The position numbers and the translations under genes were made by a program. 64,000 bases of DNA from positions 143 through 64,142 of the IMG/VR virus record IMGVR_UViG_3300027976_000036; one strand, 5' to 3'. Below, piece by piece: positions 29,784-41,000 of this stretch. Position 1 is the first letter of the stretch. Each line of letters begins with the position of its first letter. The stretch comes from a virus (Duplodnaviria > Caudoviricetes). The notes under the pieces were generated by a model. The model was not told where the DNA came from, did not search any database, and saw only the letters and a list, made by a program, of their open reading frames with translations.

Positions 29784-30473
29784 ATGAATACTGAAACTAC
29801 TGAAACTACTGAAACCGTCTCTGCGAGCGTACTTGCCAAGCTAGCAACCCTATCGCTTCGCGATAATCTTATGCTAGCTCTTGGTGGGGAAGCTCGCTAT
29901 TTTTCTTTTGAAGAAATTTCTGCTGCCGCCACTAGTCTTAAATTGAATAAGGGTGTAGCGCCCTCGCAACGTGGTCTCAAGATCGCTCTGTCACGCCTAT
30001 CTGGCGAAAATGGCGTGTTTGTTTGTGACGAGTCAAAGTATTGGTTCGGAATTCGAACGAATATGATGGGTGTGCCTTTTCCCGAGGTGCCTGCTGGATT
30101 CGTCTATAAGTCCGGACCGACACCTTCAGCTAAGAAAACGTCTAATGGCCTTAAGGGTCGGCCTTCTAACGACCCTACTGTTAACTATACTCGTATTGTT
30201 AACGCCCTTCTTGCAGGAAAAGATGTTGCTCAAGGCAAGTTGAGCAAGGCACGTAAAGAATATGCTGTGAAGCTAGCATATCAGCTTGCTAATACCGTCG
30301 AAGTTGATGTGCTTGTGGATGGGCTCATTTTGGCGGAATACAAAGCTCAAAAGCTTCAGGACGAAACCGTTGCAGACAATGACGAAACCGTTGCAGACAA
30401 TGAAGATACCGGCGATGATAGTGATAATGATGAATTGGAAGACGAAGAGGGTGACGAAGAAGTTGCTGCATAA
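29784..30473 (+). CDS. Hypothetical protein (possible winged-helix N-terminus, acidic tail)
   Basis: Monocistronic unit with its own promoter motif and terminator. Contains a 21-bp duplication (DETVADN x2). Confidence 0.65.
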   Translation: MNTETTETTETVSASVLAKLATLSLRDNLMLALGGEARYFSFEEISAAATSLKLNKGVAPSQRGLKIALSRLSGENGVFVCDESKYWFGIRTNMMGVPFPEVPAGFVYKSGPTPSAKKTSNGLKGRPSNDPTVNYTRIVNALLAGKDVAQGKLSKARKEYAVKLAYQLANTVEVDVLVDGLILAEYKAQKLQDETVADNDETVADNEDTGDDSDNDELEDEEGDEEVAA

Positions 30474-30488
30474 TTAACTCCTTACTAT

Positions 30489-30524
30489 AAGGGCCGAATT
30501 TGGAAACTGATTCGGCCCTTTTTT
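30489..30524 (+). terminator. Intrinsic terminator
   Basis: AAGGGCCGAAT...ATTCGGCCCTT followed by a T-run. Confidence 0.85.
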
Positions 30525-30575
30525 ATTATTACTATGTTTTAAAGCCTAATTATATGTTCGAATACGGAGAGCATT

Positions 30576-31184
30576 ATGAAATTATATAAATTAGTCTTTA
30601 AATTAGCAATATTAAGTAGATGGACATTATTATGGTCTAAATTTTACAGGAATACTTTTCAGCGTAAATACAATAAAAAAAATAGCCCACTTATTTTGAA
30701 GAGGAATATTTCAACTGAATCAGACGAAAATTATTTTAAACGGGTATATGAATCCGTTAAAGGAATTGATTGGAAGAAAGATGATTGGAAGCAAATGTGG
30801 GATGTAATTTCTACTCCACATTTTATGCAAACTCAAATTAATAGACTTTCTGATAACAAATTACAAGAAGAAAAATCTTGTGATTGTGATGATTATTCAG
30901 TCTATTTTGCTAACATTATCTCTAAAAAATTTAGTCCACAACTTTTGACAGTAACTTACAAGGAACCTGATGCTTTTGTCTTTGGAGGACATGTAGTATG
31001 CCTAGTAAAAGATTCTAATGATGAATATTATCATATTTCCAATTGGGGCATATATGGTGGTTTTAAAACCACCGAGGAAGTTGTTGAGAATATCGTGGGG
31101 GATAGACTACATGTTGGATCTGTTTTGTATACAAAAGATCTAAATCTTTTCAATGTTAAGTTTGTTGATTCTGTCAACAAATAA
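30576..31184 (+). CDS. Transglutaminase/papain-like fold protein
   Basis: DCDDY followed by GHVVC and ISNWG, a candidate Cys-His-Asn triad. Confidence 0.55.
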   Translation: MKLYKLVFKLAILSRWTLLWSKFYRNTFQRKYNKKNSPLILKRNISTESDENYFKRVYESVKGIDWKKDDWKQMWDVISTPHFMQTQINRLSDNKLQEEKSCDCDDYSVYFANIISKKFSPQLLTVTYKEPDAFVFGGHVVCLVKDSNDEYYHISNWGIYGGFKTTEEVVENIVGDRLHVGSVLYTKDLNLFNVKFVDSVNK

Positions 31185-31214
31185 AATATTATTACACATT
31201 ATTACGGTAAATAA

Positions 31215-32075
31215 ATGAACAATTTCGACGAACAATATATCTCTCTATTGAAAGATATTTTAAAAAATGGCACAAAGAAAGAAGACAGAACTGGTGTAGG
31301 TACGATTAGTTCTTTTGGAAAAACAATGGAAATTGATATTTCCGAATCATTTCCACTTCTTACCCTTAGAAAGATTGTTCCTAAAATCTTCCTAGAAGAA
31401 ACATTGTTTTTCCTCGGTGGATCTTCCGATACAAAAGTATTGGAAAATAAAGGCATAAAAATTTGGACAGGGAATACTTCTAGGGAATTTCTTGATCAGA
31501 GGGGATTACATCATTTGCCAGAAGGTGACATGGGTCTCGGGTATGGTCCACAGTGGCGCTCGTTTGGGCAGGGGGACCCGATCGAGCGGGCCGTTGATCA
31601 GGTGTCACAGGTCCTACAAGGGCTTCGCGACGACCCTTACTCACGCCGGCATGTTATCACGGCTTGGAACCCTTTGGCGCTGCCCAAGGTGGCGCTCCCA
31701 CCTTGCCACATTACTTATCAGTTTGTAGTGAATGGTGATAAATTAGACTGTTGTTTTTATATGCGTTCTAATGACGTATATCTTGGACTACCTTTTAACA
31801 TTGCACAATATGCAATGCTGACTTATATATTCGCTAAATCATGTAATCGCAAACCGGGTAAGCTTGTATATTTTTGTGCAGATGCACATATTTATACAAA
31901 TGCGATTGAGGCAAGCGAAACACTTCTTGATAAGAAACCATTTGAATCGCCATTAATGGTGATTACAGTGCCTTTAGAGAAGGTGAGCGATGTCTTCAAG
32001 TTGACATCTGATGATTTTCAAATTGATAATTATCAAAATCATGGTAATGGACCAAAAGTAACAATGGCTATTTAG
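31215..32075 (+). CDS. thyA: Thymidylate synthase
   Basis: DRTGVGT, YGPQWR, SRR, LPPCH, RSND, GLPFN, HIY. Confidence 0.95.
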   Translation: MNNFDEQYISLLKDILKNGTKKEDRTGVGTISSFGKTMEIDISESFPLLTLRKIVPKIFLEETLFFLGGSSDTKVLENKGIKIWTGNTSREFLDQRGLHHLPEGDMGLGYGPQWRSFGQGDPIERAVDQVSQVLQGLRDDPYSRRHVITAWNPLALPKVALPPCHITYQFVVNGDKLDCCFYMRSNDVYLGLPFNIAQYAMLTYIFAKSCNRKPGKLVYFCADAHIYTNAIEASETLLDKKPFESPLMVITVPLEKVSDVFKLTSDDFQIDNYQNHGNGPKVTMAI

Positions 32076-32093
32076 CACTAAAACTGTGATTAA

Positions 32094-32366
32094 ATGATAC
32101 TAAAAATTGATGATAAATCACAATTCTTTTTTTTTGATGAGCAAAAAAAATGGACTTCGTTCGAAAGTCAGAATGAGTATCAACGCGTGAAATTTTTACA
32201 TTCTTCTTTAAGTAGAAAGCGTTTCTATTTGAAGGCACATAATAATTTCATGAATTCAGGTTTTTACAAGATGGGTATATCTTTTAATGGTAGAATGTAT
32301 ATGTTCTACAGATTAAAAGATTATCATTCAACCTGTGAAACGTATATATTCAATAGATTGAATTAA
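32094..32366 (+). CDS. Hypothetical protein
   Basis: ORF filling the gap in the operon. Confidence 0.5.
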   Translation: MILKIDDKSQFFFFDEQKKWTSFESQNEYQRVKFLHSSLSRKRFYLKAHNNFMNSGFYKMGISFNGRMYMFYRLKDYHSTCETYIFNRLN

Positions 32367-32410
32367 TCAAGTTTACCTTAATTCTCATGTACTGTTTAAA
32401 AGGAACACAA

Positions 32411-33553
32411 ATGTTTAAAGTAGAAGTCACTGATATTAAAGACATCAAACCACACCCCGATCCAGAAACTGTTTCACTGGAAATTGCTATCGTATTTGGG
32501 TGGCAAGTGATTGTTCGAAAAGGAACATATCAAATCGGTGAAAAAGTTGTCTATTTGCCCGTTGACTCAGTATTAAATCCTGAGCTAGAAAATAAAATCT
32601 TTGGAGAAAATTCCAAAATTACTCTCAAGGGTTCACGAATTAGAGCTATTAAGATTCGAAAGTTTATCAGTCAAGGGATGATTTTACCTCTTTCCGATCT
32701 TGGCTTAAGTGATAAACTCCCATTGGGTAAAGATGTAGGAGATCTTATTGGCGTAAGTAAATATGAACCACCCGAAAATCCAGCCCTGTCAGTTGAGCAA
32801 GTCGGAAAGAACGGAAAAGTAAAGAAAGTCAAGAAGCATAATAATCCACTATTCGGTGAATATGGTGGATTAACTAAGTTAAATTTTGTTCCACATGCAT
32901 TTAAGCCCGACGATGAATTTATTACGATTCATGAAAAAATTCACGGTTCTAACAGTCGTTGTGGGTGGCTACCCGTTAAATTAACATTTTTTGGAAAAAT
33001 TAAGAGATTTTTCGGATTCGGAAAAGATTTTGAGTTTTGCTATGGATCAAATCGTGTACAACTTCAAAGTCAAACTTTTAACGGTTTCTATAAACAAAAT
33101 GTATATCAAAGAGCTTTTGATATGTATGGCCTAAAGGAAGCCCTCCCAGAAGGATTTATTCTTTATTACGAAATCTTTGGACCTACGATTCAAAAGGGAT
33201 ATCATTACGGATTAAAAAATGATGAAATTGATATTGTTGTTTTTGATGCCATCAAGGTTGAAAAAGATGGTTCAAAATCATGGTTAAATGATTTTGAACT
33301 GCGGAAATTCGTAGCTGACTTAAATTTAAAAACAAAAAAGGTTTTACGTTTGTCACCTGTTTTGTATCGAGGAATTTTCCAATCTCTTGAGCACGTAGAA
33401 TCTTATGCAGTGGGAAATTCTGTATTCGAGCCTTCTCAAAAAATCCGTGAAGGTGTTGTAGTTCGAAATTCTATTGACTATGAATATAACCGTAAAGCTT
33501 ATAAGGTTATCAGTAAAGAATATCTTATGAAAGAAAATTCAGATTTTCATTAA
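32411..33553 (+). CDS. ATP-dependent RNA ligase, DRB0094/Rnl5 family
   Basis: N-terminal OB domain (PHPD...GWQVIV...DSVL...SQG), EKIHG, EIFG, VFD, EGVV, KVIS. Confidence 0.88.
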   Translation: MFKVEVTDIKDIKPHPDPETVSLEIAIVFGWQVIVRKGTYQIGEKVVYLPVDSVLNPELENKIFGENSKITLKGSRIRAIKIRKFISQGMILPLSDLGLSDKLPLGKDVGDLIGVSKYEPPENPALSVEQVGKNGKVKKVKKHNNPLFGEYGGLTKLNFVPHAFKPDDEFITIHEKIHGSNSRCGWLPVKLTFFGKIKRFFGFGKDFEFCYGSNRVQLQSQTFNGFYKQNVYQRAFDMYGLKEALPEGFILYYEIFGPTIQKGYHYGLKNDEIDIVVFDAIKVEKDGSKSWLNDFELRKFVADLNLKTKKVLRLSPVLYRGIFQSLEHVESYAVGNSVFEPSQKIREGVVVRNSIDYEYNRKAYKVISKEYLMKENSDFH

Positions 33554-33562
33554 AGGACAATA

Positions 33563-33841
33563 ATGGGTCTTGTGATAATTTTAGTAATTGTGTTCTGTTG
33601 TGTATATAATGGAGCATTATGTTATATTATAGCTGATAAACTCAATAGAGATAAGAGTTTATGGTCTTTCCTTGGAACATTTTTTGGTCCATTTGCTACA
33701 CTTTTTCTAGTTACACTTGGGAAACAAGACTTATCATCTTATTTATTAAAAGATGAGATTAAAATCTGGGGTTACTTGGCAGTTTTAGTAGTTCTTATTG
33801 TACCCTTTGTATGGTCAATATACTACATGAATCACAACTAG
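33563..33841 (+). CDS. Small membrane protein
   Basis: Three hydrophobic segments. A-x-K-x-N-R...W-x-F-x-G-x-x-FGP pattern. Confidence 0.65.
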   Translation: MGLVIILVIVFCCVYNGALCYIIADKLNRDKSLWSFLGTFFGPFATLFLVTLGKQDLSSYLLKDEIKIWGYLAVLVVLIVPFVWSIYYMNHN

Positions 33842-33855
33842 ATAAGAGCGTAACA

Positions 33856-34263
33856 ATGTGTCGCAAGAAGTTCACTAACTTTCTTAACAAAGCCTACAAG
33901 GCTCACAAACATAGCGACGAGTGTCGCTACCGCCACGTAGCGGTCATCGTGAAGGGTGGTAGCATCCTCTCTGTGGGCTTCAATTCAATGAAGCCACATC
34001 CTATGGCTATGCTGCCGCTCGGCGTCCTAAACAAGGCGGAGATCGTGCCTAACGACACCCGTACCATTCACGCCGAAATGGATGCCATACGTAAAATTAA
34101 AGACAAGAGACTCTTGTCTAGTTGTGAGCTGTGGGTATACTCAGAAATGAAGAACGGCACGCTTCGCATTTCGAAGCCGTGCTCTCTGTGTCAGCACTAC
34201 ATTCAAATGTATGGTATCAAGACCGTACATTTTTCAACGGAATCAGGTTGGGAGAAACTATGA
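33856..34263 (+). CDS. Cytidine/dCMP deaminase-family Zn protein
   Basis: HVAVIVKGG, IHAE, SKPCSLC. Confidence 0.85.
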   Translation: MCRKKFTNFLNKAYKAHKHSDECRYRHVAVIVKGGSILSVGFNSMKPHPMAMLPLGVLNKAEIVPNDTRTIHAEMDAIRKIKDKRLLSSCELWVYSEMKNGTLRISKPCSLCQHYIQMYGIKTVHFSTESGWEKL

Positions 34264-35036
34264 AATTTAATACCTTGAAAATTTTCACAAATGAAGAAAT
34301 TTTGGAAATCAATAGGATAGCGGCTTTGTGTACTCTAAAATATCAGAGTACACAAACACACTCTAATGAAACAAAGAAATTTTTAGAATCTCTTTGTAAT
34401 TATATTGGGTATTTCACCTTAAAGATGTGCAAGTTTCAAAGTCAGGATTGTAATGAAAATTTAAGCGTTGGTTTTCTTGCTGCATATTCAGCAATCGAGA
34501 CATACAATAAAGATCATTCCTTTCTTAATCATCTAAAAATCAACATTGAATTTAAGGTAAGGAATTCTTATTTTAATAGCAAAATTCCAAAATCAATGTT
34601 GAAATTTACTTCACGGGTAAGCCGTGCTCATACGAAGTCATATAAAAAATGGGTGCAGTCTACGGAAGTGTCTGAACTTTCTGATAATGAAAAAATTGAA
34701 AAATATTCATCTATTCACAATTTGAAACCCGAAGCGGTTAAAATGATGCATGAATATATTAGTACGGCTGTTTTTGCGCCAAAAGAAGAGGGAGGCATTA
34801 ACGTTTATTCAATTGAAAAACTACCACAAGAAAAACAGTATATGTTATCTAAAGTTATGGAGTATGTCGAAGATAACTTCACAGATAATCAAAAACAAAT
34901 ATTGCAAAATTATTGTACGGAAAAATATTCCGTACAAGAATTTTGTTTATCGGCTGGATACACGCCTCAGAATTATTCAATTCATCTAGAAAAAATTACA
35001 GATAGACTTAAGAAAAGGTTTAGTAATTTTCTCTAA
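34260..35036 (+). CDS. Divergent sigma-70-like factor
   Basis: Region 2-like NLSVGFLAAYSAIETYN...F and a C-terminal region 4-like helix-turn-helix. Confidence 0.5.
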   Translation: MKFNTLKIFTNEEILEINRIAALCTLKYQSTQTHSNETKKFLESLCNYIGYFTLKMCKFQSQDCNENLSVGFLAAYSAIETYNKDHSFLNHLKINIEFKVRNSYFNSKIPKSMLKFTSRVSRAHTKSYKKWVQSTEVSELSDNEKIEKYSSIHNLKPEAVKMMHEYISTAVFAPKEEGGINVYSIEKLPQEKQYMLSKVMEYVEDNFTDNQKQILQNYCTEKYSVQEFCLSAGYTPQNYSIHLEKITDRLKKRFSNFL

Positions 35037-35073
35037 AAAAAAGCGCGATAGATTTCTATCGCGCTTTTTTTAT
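35034..35073. terminator. Bidirectional intrinsic terminator between convergent blocks
   Basis: A8-GCGCGATAG-ATTT-CTATCGCGC-T8. Confidence 0.9.
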
Positions 35074-35077
35074 TACT

Positions 35078-38000
35078 TTATTTATCAGCCTTTGTTTGTA
35101 ATAATTCTCTCGTGTTTCTAGCTATTTGTACTCTGAGAGTTAACTGATCTTTCTTCTCACCTTCAGGAGTTTTCTTCAGAGCTGCTTCGAGTTGGTGTAG
35201 GTTCAGCTTAGCTTTTTCTAGTGCGTCGGCATCTCTAACCCTATTCAAATCCGACTCTTGCTCGCTGTAGGAAGGCGCTTTAGGGTATTCTCTTGGTGTA
35301 TCTGTGCTGAGGGTAACCGGTGTTCTAGATATCACCTTCGGTGTCCCTAGACTCACAGCCCCCTCAACTTGATCCTTCGGCTTCCTGCTCTTCAGGATTG
35401 CTACTCTTAATCCAATTCTGATTCCTTCTAATGTTTCTTTTCTCATTTTAATGTAGTCTTCAAAAGTAAAGTCAGAAAAATAAGATTGTAATTTCATTAT
35501 TTTTCTATATTCTTCTATTTTACTTTCCCCTTCAATTTCCAAGCGAGCTATTTTTTTCTTCAAATTTTCAACGACAGAATTATTACTATCTACCATACCT
35601 TCGTCGGTTTTTTGTTTTTCTGTTTTTTTCGTTTTTAATTCTTCATCCATGCCAGTAATAGATCTCAAGACTTCAGCTTTTGATTTCGGAATAATACCGC
35701 TCTCTTCATGAGTAAGGTAATTCATAAATTCAGAATATTCTTTTTGTAGTTTTTTGTCTGATTGATTAATTTTCCCTCTAGAAAGAATTTTGATTTTGTC
35801 GGTAATTTCTAATTTGATATCGCGAATAAATCTTTCCCCTGATGTTCCTAGTCGGGAAGAAATTTCAGTGTCAAAAAATACACTATCTTCTTTTCCATAA
35901 TTATTTAAGTTTTCAATATAATTGTTTTTAATAATACTATATTGATCTTTTAAGTTATTGAAAACAACAATTAATTCACTATTGTTTTCTGACTCACTAT
36001 AGAATGATAGTAAATCAGAAATCAAATTAATTTTTGCATAAGTTTCTAATTTAATCTCTTCAATAATTTTTGTTTTGATAAAATTGGAGATGATTTCCAA
36101 TGATTCATCACTTATTACATGATTACTGTTTGATTCAGAGGGCATATTATAGCTACGCTTATAATTGTTAATCATTGTATCAACATCATAATTTTGCTCT
36201 AGTTTTTCATCGTCTTGGCAAATTGTGATTAGTTTTTCTAGTAATTCATTAGATTCGTCTAGAGAATTATTACTATAAATTTTTGTAGCTAAATTGATTT
36301 TTCTGATAAATCTCTCTTCAATATTTGCCACTTTAAATTTGATTTTATAGAAATCAAAAAGATGTAAACTCAATTTATCCATATATTCTTCTAGAGAATC
36401 CATAATTTCCATTAGTTTTTCTCTAGATTGTTCTGGATTGTCTTCGTCAATTTCTAATTCTGAATAATCTGGAATTGATATTTTGTTCAGTTCTTTAGCT
36501 GTTTTCATTATTTCAATAAAGCTTTCATCTTCTTTGAATGTCTTATCATCACCAACACCAAGTTCTAGCATTTTTTCCTTGTATAAAACAAGAGCACTAC
36601 CACTATTATTCTTAGTTAATCCTAGTTCGTCTTCTTTTTTACTACAACTTATTTCACTTGATTCAATTTCTTCTTTGGTTTTTAAATATTTTTTAAAGGT
36701 TTTTTTGTTTGCCTTCACATTTTCCAAAATAGTTTCATCTGATATACTTTCAATTAATGAGATTAAGTATTCTTTATAATTAAGAATAATCTTTGGTCTG
36801 AATTGTCTAGTAAGATTAACAAATTGGTTAAATGAATAATCACCACCATCCAATCTTACCTTCATTCTAGCTGTATTATGTGTACCAAATTTTTTATCAG
36901 CACCACTGTTTTTGTGATTTCTATGCACAGCGTCATTATTATACATTGACATCACATGATCTGAAATTGTATACAAGAAATCTTTATCGTCTTCAATACT
37001 TAAATCAATTTCGAATTGATTTGTTAGAGAATCATTTACAATTTTTTCTCTTGGTGTAGTAAAGTAAATTTTTTGAGTTTGTTTTTTGTTCTCTTCTATG
37101 TTTTTTCTTTGTTTCACCACATCCTCTGCTGAAGACAGAATATTTGCCTTGAGTATTATAAGTTCGTCTAGTTCTTGCCCTGAAGACGTATCAGAGTCTT
37201 CGTATTCTTTTAGAATAGATTCTAGCTCTAATTTCTTTGCTTCCAATGCAAGAATTTCAACCTCTCTTTTTCTCTTTTCTTCTGAGATTAAAGAAAGGTT
37301 CAGCTGTAGACTTCTGATTAATTCTCTAAAAGCATTAATATTTTTAGAGAAAAGCTCAACACTTTTTTCTTCCATTGTTTCAATACTTTTTTCCAATTTT
37401 TCTATTTCAGATACTAATACAGTTATTCCTTTTAATCCATCAGATTCTGTTGAATTTTGTATATTAGTAATTTCTTGTTTAATATCTTCAATATCTTTAT
37501 CAACTCTAATGATTGAAACAGATATATTAATATATGATTCTCTTGCATCACTTGTAATAATTGGTTCGTCGAATTCTCTTAAGGCTTCATTTTTAAACAT
37601 TAATTCCGTAACAACAAACTGAAGATCAGTTCTTTCTGTTTTCATTTCCGCCAGAGCTACAGCAAACTTTGAAATATTTTCGAAATTTTCTATTTTTGGT
37701 TTTGGCGCTGAAGCATCTCCTATACTTTTCCAAACAGCATACGCTGTTCTGTATTCAGCATCATATTTATTCATTTTGTCTATTTCAACATCTTTTAAAG
37801 CTAGTTTAATTTTAGCTTCGACCAATTTATCATCTTGTTCTTCGTTAACTTTAACTTTGCTCTTTAATATGATTTTATCAATATTGTCAATAGTTGTTTT
37901 AATTTTCCCAACTTTACTATCAAATAATGGCTTAATTGTTTTAAATGGTTCAAAATTATTAAAGAAAGCTGAAAAAATGTTTGACAATTCAGATTTTTTC

Positions 38001-41000
38001 ACCGCTTGAATAATTGCTTCCACATTTCGAGAAACTCCATCATCAGAAAATGAACCACCATATATTTTAGATAAATTTTTCTCTTTTATTTGAGTAATTT
38101 TTTCATCATGTGATAAAGTAGGAGAAATATTGTTCAAACTACAAATAATTTCAATCAATACTGTAGAAACCTCATCTATAAAAACAACATAATCATCAAT
38201 ATTGTTTTGCTCTAAGTCTTCATCACAAATTTTTGTGTAATTTTTTAGAGACAAATATACATTATATACAACTTCTGGAATTATGTATAAACTATTGTTG
38301 ATTTTGAATATATCTATTGAAGTTAAGTATCCATTATATTGACCTTTACCACTATTTTGTCTAGCAAACATATTGATAAAGGCGTTTCCTGATGAATACT
38401 TGGGGTCCATACTCAAATACTCGCCACCCGTAATGGGTTTAGCTAAGTCTACTATTTTTTGGAATTCATCTTTTCTGACCTTGTGAACCACGACAGATCT
38501 ATTCTCAGGATCTCCTGACTCCAATGCTTTCAGAACAACTGTTTTAGCATCTATCTCTAATTCAATATTATTGAGAATATTTGTATTCCTTGTAATAGAG
38601 CTGTTGGCACCACGAATCTGTTGATCCAACACTCCTTCATTCTCAAGAGATTCTTTAGCTCTATCAATTTTTTCCTGTGTGTGTTGTCTTGATTTAAAAA
38701 GTCTGAACAACTCACCCTTGACTTTCTGATACTGTCGAGTCTGCTCAGTGTCTGCGATGAACGGTGTTGACACAGAAGCTTCTGTATCAACGGTCAAAGT
38801 TGTTAGACTTTTAATTTTACCCTGAAGGCTTGCTTGGTCGCTTCTTATGTTCTTAAGAAATGGGTCAAGATCCAAAATAATATTTTCAATATCAACATTT
38901 GATATGTTTTCTTCTAGGAGAATATTAACTTGAATCAAATAATCAAGAACAACCTCTTTAAAGATTCTTTTACCATCTTCACCTTGGTCTACTTGATTAT
39001 TTGTGATACGTGTTTTACCAAAGAACTCAGCAAAAGCTTCTTCGAGTTTACTTTCATAGTAATCTTTATTCGCTTCCATCACTTTTACATCTTTGACTAA
39101 CGCCTTGAATTTACTTGATGAAGTGTCAGGCACTGCCCCAATATCAAAACTGAACGTAGTATTATTGATGTTGTTAATTCCAACAAAACTCTCCAGAGTT
39201 TCTTCCTCTTCTGATTCAATCAGATTTTTTATTTTACTAATTGTAAAATATTTATTAATAGTAGAATCAAAAGATTCTTTGTTATTAATTCTTACTCTTC
39301 TATAGTGATTTCTATCTAATCTATCTATTTCATCTTCTTTCAATTCATTTTCTGGTGCATGTTCATCTTCATCCTCAGATGTAAAAATTGCACTATTAAC
39401 TATTTTGAGATGCTTTATAAACTCTTGTAAATCTTTATCGAATTTATCCATATCTCTTCTGTTTTCTCTACCTTTACCAAATACAGATTTATTTGTATTC
39501 GTTGCTATTATGGTTTTGATGAGATAATTATATAATTTCTTGATTGCTCCAAGATTAGAGTTTATGTCTCTTTCCTTCAAGGTACTACTGTTTGCTTGAG
39601 AGATAAACATCATTACACAATTTTTAAAACCTTCGAAAATATCAATATCAATATCTCTGTCTCTCAATTTATTTCTAAGATATGAACCCCTTCTAAGGTA
39701 TTCATCGATAATTTTCTTTAATGCCATGAAGATGTTTTTACTAGCCAGGTTTTCAAAGTTTCTAAATGAATTTTTTGAATCAATATCTCGGCCAACTTTA
39801 TTAAGTTGGGCTTTTAATAAAGTTTCTTTTTCTTGATACTCTTCTAAAACTTTTGGATCAAGTGGTTCCTCCCGATCTTTTGCTTCGGCTTTTTTCTTTC
39901 CAAATTCTTCTCCTAATTCTCTATATTCTTTACCCAAAATCTCTTTTTCATCTATTAAATCAGAATATTCTTCTGTTTCTTTTTTAAAAGAAACATGGTC
40001 TCTACCTTCATAGTCAGCAATTATTCTATTTCTAACAACATTACCTAATCCACTTTGAGATATAATATTTTGTTTTTCTTCAGTATATTTTTGTGAAATA
40101 GAAGAAGCCTCTTTCATTAATTCATTATTTTCTTCTAATTTCTTTTCTAAATCTTTTCTAAATTTATTTAGCTCTAAATTGTAAGAAAATGGAGTTTTCT
40201 TTGAAACTAAAAATTCTGTAATTTTTAAAATTTCGTCAAGAGATTTACTATTATTTTCAATCACGTCTGAATAATCTTTTTTATTTCTTTTATTGCCTAA
40301 TTTATCAGATTTTAATTGAAATTTGGCTTTAAAATTACTATCAATTGTATAATCTTTTTCTGTTTCAAAATTTTTGCTAGTCTGGCTTGATGTACTTAAA
40401 TGGAAGTCAACCAGATCTTGCCCTGCGCTTTCAATTGTATCAGATTTAATTTCTGTGGTTTTCTGTTTGACATCCTCTACGGTGATTCTATTACGTAATT
40501 CCATAGTGATTCTTTGTAGAATTGCCACATTAATGCCGTTGTTCTTAAAAAAGATATTAATAAATTCTCTAAAAAGAGTTACAACATTTACAGTAATTTT
40601 ATCGCCCATTATCGTTTTTTCAGCTCTAATATCGGCAATATTTCTATTAACCACTTCAGAAGCATTTGAATATTCTTCTACAAGCTCTTTCGATTTCGTG
40701 TATAAATCAGATGACTCTTTATTATCAAGAAAACCATTTTTTGCATGTTGTTTATATCTTTCACTCAATTCTTTTGAATTATCTCTGTACTCATTGAATC
40801 TCTCAAGAGGATAATCACCTTGATTGTTTAATGATAAATCAATTTGTTCTGATTCAATTGATGTTAATTTCATTTTTAATCTAATTTGATCAATGGTAAC
40901 AAATGATTTTAGATAGTCAACTAAAGTTTTTCCCGCTTTAATATTTTTTGCAATACTATCTATTTTTGGTAATAAACCTTTAGTAATCTTATCCGCATCA

